Shown here: piece by piece, positions 52,061 to 64,000 of the stretch
Position numbering within the stretch: the first letter of the stretch is position 1
How the letters are laid out: each line of letters opens with the position of its first letter
Assembly (NCBI RefSeq): GCF_001194135.2
Contig: NC_068985.1
Coordinates: 26,859,426-26,923,425 of the forward strand
Length of the DNA: 64,000 nt
Source of the DNA: Octopus bimaculoides
Taxonomy: Eukaryota
Reading direction: 5' to 3'
Translations under genes and position numbers: made by a program
The notes under the pieces: model-generated
The model's input: only the letters and a program-made list of their open reading frames with translations
What the model was told of the DNA's origin: nothing
Database searches by the model: none

Positions 52061-55000
52061 GTGCTACATATCTCCTGCAGCTATTTCTCTTCTAATCTCA
52101 TCTTTAAATTTCTATTTACTGAAGATTTATTTTGTTAAATGCTATAAATTTTAAAACTTGTAGTATATGAATGATGTATACGATCAATAATTAGTTTGTT
52201 AATCTGGATGATTGACTAAAACAAACCAGAGAAACCTAATTTTTATCCTGTTCTCTTTTCCATCCCATCGTCTTTTATATATCATAAAATTTCATTTACA
52301 TTCAAACACACATACACGCACATATATATATCCTTCCGCATGCAAATCCCAGACGAGAGCGTATAAGACTTACATAATATTTACAGAAGCTGTCAAAATC
52401 TATTCAGGCGATACACCTGCTAGTACAAACATGTATACAAAAATGCTCACGAAGTCAATTAGAAACAAACGAACACACACACACATGTACGCGCTCACGC
52501 ACACATCGATTGAGCAGGAACTAATTTCAAAGTAGATTGTCGTTTTTAGATTTCTACGATTTTTAGAGTTTTAGATGTCTATGATTTTCACATATCAATT
52601 TCGTGTTGCAATCGAATTTAATATAGAATGAAATCTAAATTTCCATGCCATTAATTTCTCTATAATCTAACTAGGAGTTATCGGAGATCTAGGAAACGTT
52701 TGTAAGATCTATTTTTTACAAATTGCGGTATCAAGATAATATCCCTACATAATAATGTACCGGAGATAGCATCAAATTTAGTTTCTCATTAATTTAACCT
52801 CCATTTTTCACTGTGCACAGCTTAATTTACTTGATAACAAGTGTACGGACAGGAAGTACAGAAGAGTTTTATCAGATAAATTTAATATAAACCACGATTG
52901 CTCTTAATATCTCGTTACGTAGGTTATAGTAATATCTAGAAAATGTATTTTCTGTATTTTCATTCTGCACTCGTGTTATACTTCAAAGAATCTTCTAAAT
53001 TTGATTATCTTCATTTATAATGTAATATTACAGAGTACGAAGTCAGAGCAAACCCAGTCTGTCAACGGGTGAAATGGCGGTAATTTGTATAATTCCTTCC
53101 ACCAATCTTGTGCTATGTCTGTGGCCAAGTCATTTTTCACTGGCATAGTCCATCAAGCCGTAAAATGGTCCCATAGGTAAACTTTAAATCGCGAAACTCG
53201 ATAAACTAGGAAGTAGAATATAATCAATGACTATTTTCTTTAACCTGTAGTTCTAAGTTCAAGCCCCCTTGAGGACCTTCTCGTAAAAGATCATGTTCCA
53301 GATCATTCTATCACCGTCATGTTCGAGTAGATTCATACCAGTTTAACAGTTAGCTTTAAATATAGACGCGTCGGTGGGATGAACAGTGGGATTGCACTCT
53401 ATGGATTTTGAACTCAGAACGCAGAGCTACCAAAATTTTCGTAAGATTCTTGCTAAAATGCTCTAAAGAAACTACCGAACGACTACACCCCTTTAATATG
53501 CTTTAGAAATGTATTTTTGAATATTTATCTATAGTTAAAGAATCTACTTTGTAAGTACTTATTACTGCATTAGTGATACAATTATAGCAAAAAAACTTCA
53601 TAAAAGAATAATGTAGTCAAGAACTTAAGAGGATATCCGACCGCCGTAGGGGCTTGTCACATGTATTCACTTTGAAATCTTGAGCGCCATTATAGTGATT
53701 TCTGACATCAACACAAATCCACAGATACTTGGAAAGGGAATAGTTGAATAGACTCCCTTATACTTGACAAGTACTTATATATGGACCCCAGAGAATGAAA
53801 GGCAAAGCCAACCCCGGTGGGATTTGAACTTATAATGTAAAACATGCTATCGTTGAAACTGATAATCATTTAGACCTGTTTCATATGGACGACATTTTAC
53901 TAATCGATTGTTTGCGACCTTGTGCCGATATTAGATATAATATTATCAGTCAAGTCTTTAAAGTGAACACATGGCAAGCACCAACCAACGAGAGCTAAGA
54001 ATGGATATATTCCACTATCTTAATTTTTTTAATATATCATCGACATATACTTCGTCTTAAGTGCATGCACTGTTTTAACATTTGTAAATGTTAAAATGTT
54101 AAGAGGACCCTTTACACTCTTATTCCATGATTAATAATTCTACTTTAGCAGCAGTTATATGTACAGCAGCTGCAGTTATTTCATCATACAGACACTATTT
54201 TGCTCACAACGGCTATTTGAAAATATCTTTTCACTGGGTGCAGTTTTCTATGTTGGAATTGCGTATGATCGAGTGAATTAGATCAATATATTTCAGGTAC
54301 TTTGTTGTTTTACTGACCTCACTGGTGAACAGGTGAAAATATTAATACTTATTTGATTCCAACTTCACGATTAAGCATATAAATTGATTATCTACAATTT
54401 ACACCATAAATATAATAAAACAAACCAAGAAGGGAGCATTCGGCTTGGTAGACAAAGCAGCCAAATTTTCCCCAAATTACTCTTTACCATCTTAAATAAG
54501 AAAAGGACACATAAGAGACTGTAGTTCTACATACTACCACAAGACAGGATGGTCATGACCGGAATGTTTTTAATTATAGATTTGCTCTAAAGGAACAAAA
54601 GAACAGCAACTTCTGTATGAAAGAATGTTGAAACTGGCTGTCCTAAAAAGATGTAGACAGCCGACTGAACGGTAATCTGTTCATTGTGTCCATAATATTT
54701 TTTTTTAATCTTTACTCACGCTGGCTCATCAGCTTTACTGTATATAAATAATGGGAACACTATAACGTAAACTAATTGTCATCTAAGAAATAGGTTTCAG
54801 TCCTCTGGTGTACCTGAAGTAATAGCAAAACATCTCTATGTATCTCTCCACCCGAATATTTCCTAAAATTGACAGAACGACTACGAGCTCAATCCCTCAA
54901 CGATGTCTATGAGAAAGTAAGCAGCAAAGAAGAAAGTAAAATAAGAAATAGAAGTCAAGTGTTCTTCAGTGACGAAAAACGAAACATTTCATATTGTAAA

Positions 55001-55723
55001 GAGGCGTTATTTTTTAAACTTTTTCTTCCTCCGAGATTTCAGTTTTCCCCAACTCAGCAGTCATTTACTAAAGACCTTATTTACACTTCTGTATAAAGAC
55101 ATTTTACCACGGTTGAATACCAGACTCGGTGGAGTGTCGAACAAACTACCGAGCGGTATTTAGTTACGTCCTTTTACATTATAAGTTCAAATCCCACCGG
55201 GGTTGGCTTTGCCTTTCATTCTCTGGGGTCCATATATAAGTACTTGTCAAGTATAAGGGAGTCTATTCAACTATTCCCTTTCCAAGTATCTGTGGATTTG
55301 TGTTGATGTCAGAAATCACTATAATGGCGCTCAAGATTTCAAAGTGAATACATGTGACAAGCCCCTACGGCAGAGAATTAAGAAAGGAAATATATCCACC
55401 AACTTACTGATAATGTAACATCGACACAGTGCCCTATATGCACTATCTTAAAACGCATAAACCATTGCAAAAATAATACTTGTTGTCAAAAGCTAATATA
55501 TATAACGGCCATTTGCAGTTCTTTTTACACATACGAGGGACGAAATTACACTGTGGGACGCGTAGATTTCTCAAAACATTACTAGTATAGTTGAAATGGC
55601 TACAAATGGAAATAAAATCCATCGGTGGACTGGGACTGCAGTGAACCTACCACAATCCAGAGTGATCGTTTTGGCAACCATATACTATTAAGGTCAAGGT
55701 CTTGTAGGGAGACTGAGAATATT

Positions 55724-55939
55724 CTTTTCTTTTCTACTCTAGACACAAGGCCCGAAATTTGGGGAGAGGAGGCCAGTCGACTCCAGAACGCAACTGGTAC
55801 TTAATTTATAGGCCCCGAAAGGATGAAAGGCCAAGTTGACCTCGGCGGAATTTGAACTCCGAACGTAAAGACAGACGAAATACCGCTAAGCATTTCGCCC
55901 GACCTGCTAACGTTTCCGCCAGCTCGCCGCCTTGGAGAA
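55724..55939 (-). mobile_element. tRNA-derived SINE (family B), young full-length copy with 10-bp TSD
   Basis: Reverse complement reads ggcggcgagctggcggaaacgttagcagg...cgttcggagttcaaattccgccgaggtcaacttggcctttcatcctttcgggg...ccttgtgtctagagtagaaaag. TGAGAATATT flanks both sides (55714-55723 and 55940-55949). Confidence 0.88.
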
Positions 55940-57875
55940 TGAGAATATTATGTTAATGAGTTACTTGAGTGAATTAACCATATAAATGAAATAAATAAGT
56001 TTCAATCAGAGCTAAACACATTATTATAGATATGGTTCGGAGGGAGCTTTCCTTTATTTTGCTATAATAGTTTTGTTTTTACTTAAAACAATGTCTGTAT
56101 TTTTTATAGAAGAAAGAGAAATGCGATATTGTAATGCTCATACCTTTTATCTGAGGTTTTAACGGTATAACTGGACTAAACTTAGAGCTAGCTGAAAGTT
56201 AACATATTAATGCAATGGACCCTACTCTGAGTAATTTATTCTCTAAATTAATTAACTTGGTTTACATCATCTTCTACGACACCCGGTGCTACCTTACAAT
56301 TGAAGTACTAGGATAGCTATGTATTCGGAAAAATGAATGCTAGTATACGATATCAATGTCCTTTTCAATTGCATTAGTGATACAATTATAGCAAAAAAAC
56401 TTCATAAAAGAATAATGTAGTCAAGAACTTAAGAGGATATCCGACCGCCTCACTTCACCATCCACTTAACTACTCAAGCCTATATTGTGATGTTTTTCAT
56501 GAGAAAAATTATGACACGCATACACACACATACGTTCATACACATACTCAGATTCACAGGTGGCTGCGAGCCAACGAGGAAACCTTTAGTCGGCGCTCGA
56601 CCTACTTGTAACAAGTTAAATCTGCTTTCCAGTTACACCCTACCGTATGATTTAATGTACACTTGGTGATTTGAAGAACACATTGAACAATGTAGTTCTA
56701 GATATACCAAAATACAGGACTTGAGTCCAGACAAGAACAGATAGCTACATACATAAAAGGGTACTCACTGAAACATACGCATACATAATTACACTCATAG
56801 GCAAACATACGTCAGCAAATAAATACCTTTGTCAAAACTGTGTTTCCACTTTCAGATTCAAGCTTACATGAAAGTAGTCCCGACTAGGAAAGTAAACCAG
56901 ACTACTACCGTTGCGTCACAGTAATTGAAGGCTACGCAATAAAGCAGTGATTTCCAACTATTTGTAACCCAGCGTCCATTTCACAGAATGGCGTTTTACA
57001 AAAGCCTCCTACTCTGTTGCTTTGAGAGAAAAAAAAATAAATGGTATATAATTTTATTGTGGCTGTGTGGTAAGTAGCTTGCTTACCAACCACATGGTCC
57101 CGGGTTCAGTCCCACTGCGTGGCACCTTGGGCAAGTGTCTTCTACTATAGCCTCGGGCCGACCAAAGCCTCGTGAGTGGATTTGGTAGANNNNNNNNNNA
57201 GCTCTGGGGTCGATTTGCTCGACTATAAAGGCGGTGCTCCAGCATGGCCACGGTCAAATGACTGAAACAAGTAAAAGAGTAAAGAGTAAAGAGAAGTTAA
57301 TTCTGTACAGTGGTTTTAACTCTGTTTTCATATACTATCCCACATGGTATGTGCCTTGTTTTTCAATATTTACATTGACTAATGCCTCCTATGTTAAATT
57401 TTTATGAAAATTATTAAAGTAGGTGAGGGTTTATATGAAGAAATTATCTTGGAACTTGATGTTATTATCAGCCATGTTTCTGTTCACTGATAACACAACG
57501 ATGTATTTTTATCTTGAAGAGCATATTTTTAATGCGGTTTGAATTGCACCTGGTTAAAAGATTTTATTTCTTAGAAAACTCGTAGCCCTCTGCATTCCCA
57601 GCGTCTCCTTCATACTTGCTGTCATTCTGTGACCTCCTAACCAGTGGCGTAGCTGATACGGGAGCAAGAGGAGTGACCACCACATCGAACACAATATTCA
57701 AAATTGGCGCCTTTTCACATTTTTTTAGCTCTTTACTTACCCATATCAGTAGTTGTAAGTTTCATACATAATGACATTGTTACTGAAACACGAAATTAAT
57801 GAATATAGAATACAATCATGTATAATTAATGAAATATTTCACGTAATATAAGAGAAATAAATTTAAAATTATTTA

Positions 57876-58039
57876 GCATGTCTGTGTGGTAAGTAGCTTG
57901 CTTACCAACCACATGGTTCCGGGTTCAGTCCCACTGCGTGGCACCTTGGGCAAGTGTCTTCTGCTATAGCCTCGGGCCGACCAAAGCCTTGTGAGTAGAT
58001 TTGGTAGACGGAAACTGAAAGAAGCCTGTCGTATATATG

Positions 58040-58072
<33 letters not shown>

Positions 58073-58296
58073 NNNNNNNNNNNNNNNNNNNNNNNNNNNN
58101 NNNNNNNNNNNNNNNNNNNNNNNNNNNNNNNNNNNNNNNNNNNNNNNNNNNNNNNNNNNNNNNNNNNNNNNNNNNNNNNNNNNNNNNNNNNNNNNNNNNN
58201 NNNNNNNNNNNNNNNNNNNNNNNNNNNNNNNNNNNNNNNNNNNNNNNNNNNNNNNNNNNNNNNNNNNNNNNNNNNNNNNNNNNNNNNNNNNNNNNN

Positions 58297-58349
<53 letters not shown>

Positions 58350-58515
58350 TTGTGTGTCTGTGTTTGTCCCCTCAACATCGCTTGACAACCGATGCTGGTG
58401 TGTTTACGATAGAATAAGTACTAGGCTTACAAAGAATAAGTCCTGGAGTCGATTTGCTCGACTAAAGGCGGTGCTCCAGCATGGCCGCAGTCAAATGACT
58501 GAAACAAGTAAAAAA
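57876..58515 (+). mobile_element. Full-length family A SINE interrupted by a (TA)/(TG) microsatellite and N-gap
   Basis: Head 57876-58036 is near-identical to 11176 and 57061. Tail gtttgtcccctcaacatcgcttgacaaccgatg...ggcggtgctccagcatggccgcagtcaaatgactgaaacaagtaaa. Confidence 0.85.
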
Positions 58516-59184
58516 AAAAAAAGAGTATGTGTCAAGGCGCTTTTTTTATGCGCTCGCGCCCCTTAACTTTAAAACCTGGCTACGCTTTTATTCAAAACGC
58601 ATCAGTTGGAACATTACTGCCCAGGTTAAAAAACTACCAGTATAGAAGCTAGCTTATTGATTCACCAGTGTTAAAAATATATATATATAACAATAGTAAA
58701 TGTCCCTTCTACTGTCAATAAAGTATCGAGTGTTTAATAACGTTACCACTATTTTTGAACATTCGCTGTACATACGTGTATGTGAGTGTGTGCTATTACT
58801 ATTCAGAACATTTGTTTTTTATTGAATAAAATATTCTTTTGATCCTCTTTGTACACATGCGAGCATGAAAACGATTAGATCAATAATATCTATCTATCCA
58901 TCGATAGATAGATAGATAGATAGATAGATAAAATTATATGAGCAGTTAATATGGAATATAAAATCACATGATTAAGTTACTAACCAGATATTACGGGATT
59001 GATTGTTACTGTTGCTATACATTTGCCTGCTGTATGGGAGCTAGGTCGAGTAGAATGATCGGTTGTTTTTTGTTATTTATTTCCTGGTCAACCGTAATAG
59101 ATCAAATGTATAATCATAGGCCTTTCAACCATGACCATCCCGTCTGTTTTTCGGAGGGGGATGAAGGAAAACATTTTACACTTT

Positions 59185-59545
59185 TCTTATCTCTTATTTG
59201 TTTTAATCGCTGGACTGCAGCCATGCTGGGGTACCGCCTTGAAGGGTTTTAGTCGAACAAATCGACCCTCGCACTTTTAAGTTTGATACGTATAGTATCG
59301 AGTCTCTTTTGTCGAATCACTAAGTTACGGAGGCGTAAACAAACAAATATCGGTTGTCAAGCAGCGAAGTACAAATGCACACACGCACGGTGGGCTTCCT
59401 CACAGTTTCCGTCTACCAAATTAATTCTTAATGCATTGGTCGACTCTGAGCTGAAGTAGGAGGTATTTATTTACCCAACGTACAGCGCATTGGAACTGAA
59501 CTCAAAACCACGTGGTTGCAAAGCGGGCTTCTTAACCACACAGCC
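59185..59545 (-). mobile_element. Family A SINE, older copy, minus strand
   Basis: The reverse complement shows head ggctgtgtggttaagaagcccgc...gtagacggaaactgtgaggaagccc and a tail with ggcggtaccccagcatggctgcagtc. Confidence 0.75.
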
Positions 59546-60734
59546 TTCGCTACAATATTTCAATGGAAATGCACTACCTTTGTTTCAATTAATTTTGAAA
59601 TAATGAAGAATTTAGTAGCATAACTTTGTCAATATAACGCTGATGTTTCGAAAATAATTGAACATGAAATTTCGGTAGAATTAAGAAATGAGGCACGGTC
59701 TCACATGAGATGGTAAGGAAGTTAACGTGTCCTTCGTTATACAAAACGATGGGGTGTGATTTGAAGAAGTTTGGCTGCTATCTCGAATAGTTCGAAAAAC
59801 CTTGTAGAAGTTTCCTCGATGGTTCGTGTAGTGGTTGTGCCTATGGGAGAGCGAACGGTTTTAAGGGCGTGATAGGTTCCATCCCTTTTTCTCTTCCAAA
59901 GATCTCAATGTTTGTCTTAGACAGCTTTGTGTGTAAATGGAGGGATAAAGGAAGAGTGGAAACTGGTTTGCAACAGTAAAATAAACACAAGGAATAAATA
60001 ATAAATAGCACTAAAGGGACAGAAAGAAATGAGATTTCGACAGAGATAAAATATATAAATAAAAAAGACAGATGATACGATGGCTGGTAAAGGGTTTAGA
60101 TTTATAGTCGGGCGCCGTGATGTCTGGCGAAAATCGACCACACTGGAACTAAAACAACAACTACGGCACACACACACATACGCACGCGCACACATACAGG
60201 CACACTCCCTTCAACAAGGTATTGGTATAAAGTATGAAATTCATGGTAAATCAAGAATTTGTATCCAACTTAATAAAAGGAAAAAGAGGTCAGTAACAAA
60301 CTATAGACAGAACAAGGGAACTTAACGAGCAATTTCATACACTACTTATAGTTCATGGATTTCTTCTGGAATACACTCACACAAACACAACATATCATTA
60401 TATATTATTATATTATGATCGTATGAACTGAGCAAAATACTCTATTTAATAGGTTCATAAGATTGTGATATAAAATTATATTTTCCATTTTCAATATTTA
60501 TTGAATGCCCTTCTTTTGACTTTATGAACCTTACTTGATCTCTGAGGAGGGGGCTTTTTGTTCTTGAAATCTATAAAGGTTATTAAAATTCTCTCTCTTC
60601 CATCCGCCCCTTTTCGATTGGCAAGAAGCTCTTTGTCTTCATTATTCTGTTTATTTACTTCCGTATCACTATGCTTGAAGCAAGTTACAATGCTCTTCAA
60701 GTTCACACATACACACACACACACACACATATAT

Positions 60735-60977
60735 ATCGTGAAGTATATTTGCCACCTGAATGTGGCGGGCCCATAGGGGACGATGCTACTATTGTTTAAA
60801 GCCCCAGGAAGACATCTCCTCCAGCTGGCTAACGACACACTGTCTTTTGCTGATAAGTATTTGCGAAGGGAAATCATCGTTCCCATCTCTAGGCTAGAGA
60901 GATGTCTTCCTGGGGCTATAAACAACAGTAGCATCGTCCCCTATGGGTCCACCACATTGGCAAATATGCTTCACGAT
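60735..60977. mobile_element. Foldback MITE, same family as 13831-14118 (single-arm third copy at ~61432-61600)
   Basis: atcgtgaagtatatttgcca...ataggggacgatgctactattgtttaaagccccaggaagacatctc / gagatgtcttcctggggctataaacaacagtagcatcgtcccctat...tggcaaatatgcttcacgat. Confidence 0.8.
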
Positions 60978-61334
60978 TCCGTGCCGCGCGCGTGCACACA
61001 CACACACACACACATATATTGAAGAAGTTGGAGTCAAAAGGAAGGGGTACGGGGTACGGTTGGACATTTATTTTTAATCACTACAATTGTTTCCACGCAA
61101 CGTAATTCTCCAGGTCTCCAAGTACTTGATTGTGCGCTTGACTCGGACACAGAAGTTACAGTCCTCAGAGGTTAGAAATGGAGAAATACAAAGTGCCAGA
61201 TATATATATAAAAAAAAAAAGCTATTTGGGGCAAGAAATATTGCGGAAAAACGTGAAACTCTTCGAGCAGGCATGTGTCTTATGCGAAATCTGTGATGAG
61301 CCCCAGTGACGCTGATGACCTGGAGTCGCCTCTG

Positions 61335-61371
<37 letters not shown>

Positions 61372-61630
61372 GAGGAAAACAATTATTTTTCCATCTCTGA
61401 GCGAGAAGTAAGAAGTAACAGTACTACAGAGTAAAATGTACTTGCCAACGTAAAGTGGCAGTCCTGATTAGGACGATGTTACTACCTTTTTAAGCCGCAT
61501 GAAAACATCTTTTCCAGCTGGCTACCGACGCACAACTGCGTCCTTGTATCTCGAGCAAGGTAGCTAATGTCTCCATTCAGCCTTAAATGGTACCTGCGGA
61601 CCATATATATGATATATACATACACACACA

Positions 61631-61666
<36 letters not shown>

Positions 61667-61689
61667 CCCACACACACATATATATATTC

Positions 61690-61860
61690 GCCATGATAAA
61701 TCACTAACCACTGCACACATTTTTTTTTCTCTGCTTGTTTCTCTCCTTGTTTCTTTCTGTGTTCCTTTCTGTGGAAGAGTGTCGGCTCAAAACCGAGCGT
61801 CATACTAATACATCTGTTTGTTTTCTACACCACCTGTCTTCGATTTTTGTGAATTCTCCC
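61690..61860 (+). mobile_element. Solo Penelope-type terminal repeat fragment, homologous to 22030-22216
   Basis: ...ctttctgtgttcctttctgtggaagagtgtcggctcaaaa...taatacatctgtttgttttctacaccacctgtcttcg...tttgtgaattctccc. Confidence 0.7.
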
Positions 61861-61909
<49 letters not shown>

Positions 61910-62827
61910 NNNNNNNNNNNNNNNNNNNNNNNNNNNNNNNNNNNNNNNNNNNNNNNNNNNNNNNNNNNNNNNNNNNNNNNNNNNNNNNNNNNNNNNNNNN
62001 NNNNNNNNNNNNNNNNNNNNNNNNNNNNNNNNNNNNNNNNNNNNNNNNNNNNNNNTATATAAACAATATATGAGTATATGCATATATATGTACATGTATG
62101 TATATACGTTCATCCATATGTACATATAGATACATAACTGGGTACATGACGTGGCAAAAGAACAAGGACAAAAATGGTAAACAAGGTGCAACAAACAAGC
62201 AGGCCACATAGAAACATCCCCTTCATCAGCTGCCACCATTAAAACTCCGGCGTTTCGAAGAATTAAGGCAGTACGCATCGTTAAAATGGTTCATGTATAT
62301 GTATGTACTCTGTCTGTCTGTATGTATGCATGCATTGAGAGGTTAGGGCATTGCTAATTATTAGTGGCACTGACAGCTAAATAAAAATGTAGCAGCGGTG
62401 GCGGTAATGGTGGTGAAGCTAATGGAATAAAGGATTGCTAAAGTTGTGGATTGTTGGGTGTGGGCCATAAACCTGCAGGAAATTGTTATTGTGGGAGAGA
62501 TGTAATATAAGAAGCGAATATTGGTAAAGTTAATGGCATTAACAGCCAGTACAATTAGTCAGGGCGATGATAGCGCTGGAAATCGTAGTGCTGGTCACGG
62601 TGATGATGAAATTGGCATAGTGGAAGGTAATAGCGATGGATTGGGGTTGCCGTTAGTTTTGGGAGTAGAGGGCGGTGGTCGTGATGGCCCCTTTTGGTAA
62701 AAATAACAACCCCACAAATCGATGGAGATGGGAAGGTGGTGGTGGTGGTGGTGATGATGATGATGACGGTGGTGATGTTGCTCACTGCAAAAGAGTTATG
62801 TTATTGTTTGCAGCAAAAACAGCGAAA

Positions 62828-62839
62828 GTAGTAGTAGCG

Positions 62840-62878
<39 letters not shown>

Positions 62879-62879
62879 T

Positions 62880-62912
<33 letters not shown>

Positions 62913-63290
62913 TAGTAGTAGCAGCAGCAGCAGCAGCACTAGCTGCAGTAGTAGTAGAGGTAATAGTAGTAGTAGTAGTAGTAGTAGCTGTTGTTGTTGT
63001 TGTTGTTGTAGGCCAGGAGGAGTAGGAACGATAAAATTAAGGTTATGCCGAGCAACGATGGTAAATACTCTCGTGATAAAAATGATGGGAAAGAGATGTG
63101 ATGCGCGATTCTAGTGAATAAGAGAGAGAGAGAGAGAGAAGAAGGGTGAGAGAGCCAGACAGAGAGAGAGAGCCAGACAGAGAGAGAGAGCCAGACAGAG
63201 AGAGAGAGCCAGACAGAGAGAGAGAGCCAGACAGAGAGAGAGAGCCAGACAGAGAGAGAGAGCCAGACAGAGAGAGAGAGCCAGACAGAC
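62828..63290. repeat. (GTA)/(GCA)/(GTT) trinucleotide mosaic followed by an 18-bp (ccagacagagagagagag)n minisatellite
   Basis: Trinucleotide tract 62828-63010. The 18-bp unit is repeated ~8 times at 63155-63290. Confidence 0.9.
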
Positions 63291-63688
63291 AGAGTGTAAG
63301 AATGTAAGAGAGGGAGAGAGAGAGAAAGAGAGAAAGGGAGATGCCTTAATTGTAGTGTATGTCGACTCTATTAGCAGTGACCCGGCCTTCTTGATGGGTG
63401 GGGCAATAGATTTTAGATAACATTTTCAATAAAACACTGCCCCAGTAATGGCGATTCTCCCTACTTATATTTTATTTATTTATTCATTTATTTTGCACTC
63501 GATCCTGCAGCTGGTATTCCGCATTAAATCTGACTAATTGTCCCCAATTTTAGTGTTGGTATTTATATCCGTGTGTCCTTGACACACAATTTGCACTGGA
63601 ACTAGAAATCTAGTTATAAGTAGGGCACACAATAGATTGCAATTTCCTTTATTTATTTATTTATCATTGTTGTTGTTGTTATTGCTAA

Positions 63689-63909
63689 GGGGGGCGATCT
63701 GGCAGAATCGTTAGCACGCCGGGCGAAATGCTAAGCAGTATTTCGTCTGTCTTCGTGTTCTGAGTTCAAATTCCGCCGAGGTCGACTCTGCCTTTCATCC
63801 TTTCGGAGTCGATAGATTAAGTACCAGTGAAACACTGGAGTCGATGTGATCGACTAATCCCTTCCCCCAAAAATGTCAGGCCTTGTGCCTTTAGTAGAAA
63901 GGATTATTA
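63689..63909 (+). mobile_element. tRNA-derived SINE (family B), full length
   Basis: gggcgatctggcagaatcgttagcacgccgggcgaaatg (A-box-like)...gagttcaaattccgccgaggtcgac (B-box-like)...ccttgtgcctttagtagaaaggattattatt. Confidence 0.88.
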
Positions 63910-64000
63910 TTGTTGTTGTTGTTGTTGTTTATTCAGTGGAGGGATAGCAATGCCTATGACCTTTTCAGGGGCATCCGTTATTGGTGACAGAAAGTTTTTT

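Noticed and set aside
54956-54985. QVFFSDEK, resembling the first catalytic motif of Tc1-family transposases
   Set aside because: No flanking transposase motifs or TIRs in any frame.
57642-58590. Possible DNA-transposon shell (cagtggcgtagc...gctacgc) around the family A SINE
   Set aside because: Only ~7 bp of inverted match and no clear TSD, which is insufficient support.
1-64000. Most ORF-track entries (poly-YI, CV, HT, LS, V runs and X-filled ORFs)
   Set aside because: They are translations of microsatellites or N-gaps, with no protein-like composition or splice support.

Overview
AT-rich, microsatellite-dense animal draft scaffold with 13 N-gaps. The SINE families and repeat landscape look like Octopus (inferred from repeat motifs, not from a search). 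Most long ORFs in the supplied track are microsatellite or gap artefacts. The only host gene I can support is a DRAM/TMEM150 (Frag1/DRAM/Sfk1) family gene on the minus strand. Its two small exons (13029-13070, running into a gap, and 2613-2666) splice in frame across a 10,362-bp GT-AG intron to give IIVFIAAPVFFLIT|YAIAVAFKHVDPAFPYI(S/R). The rest is a mixture of decayed mobile elements: an L1/Tx1 RT fragment, an I/R1-like LINE remnant, Penelope-like pieces, a full-length dead mariner (DD34D), an IR/DR Tc1 with a nested HINE/DINE-like element, a maT (DD37D) remnant, a hAT fragment, a complete non-autonomous Helitron, foldback MITEs and many tRNA-SINEs. Most interesting: (1) a ~400-bp TSD-flanked, head-to-head element joining a Pol III tRNA-like head to a minimal hammerhead ribozyme, with a second decayed copy; (2) a variant-core hammerhead in a Penelope terminal repeat; (3) a 277-bp two-template, microhomology-joined insertion copied exactly from nearby DNA; (4) a CpG/ACGTG-rich 27-bp minisatellite starting ~23 bp inside the DRAM intron.
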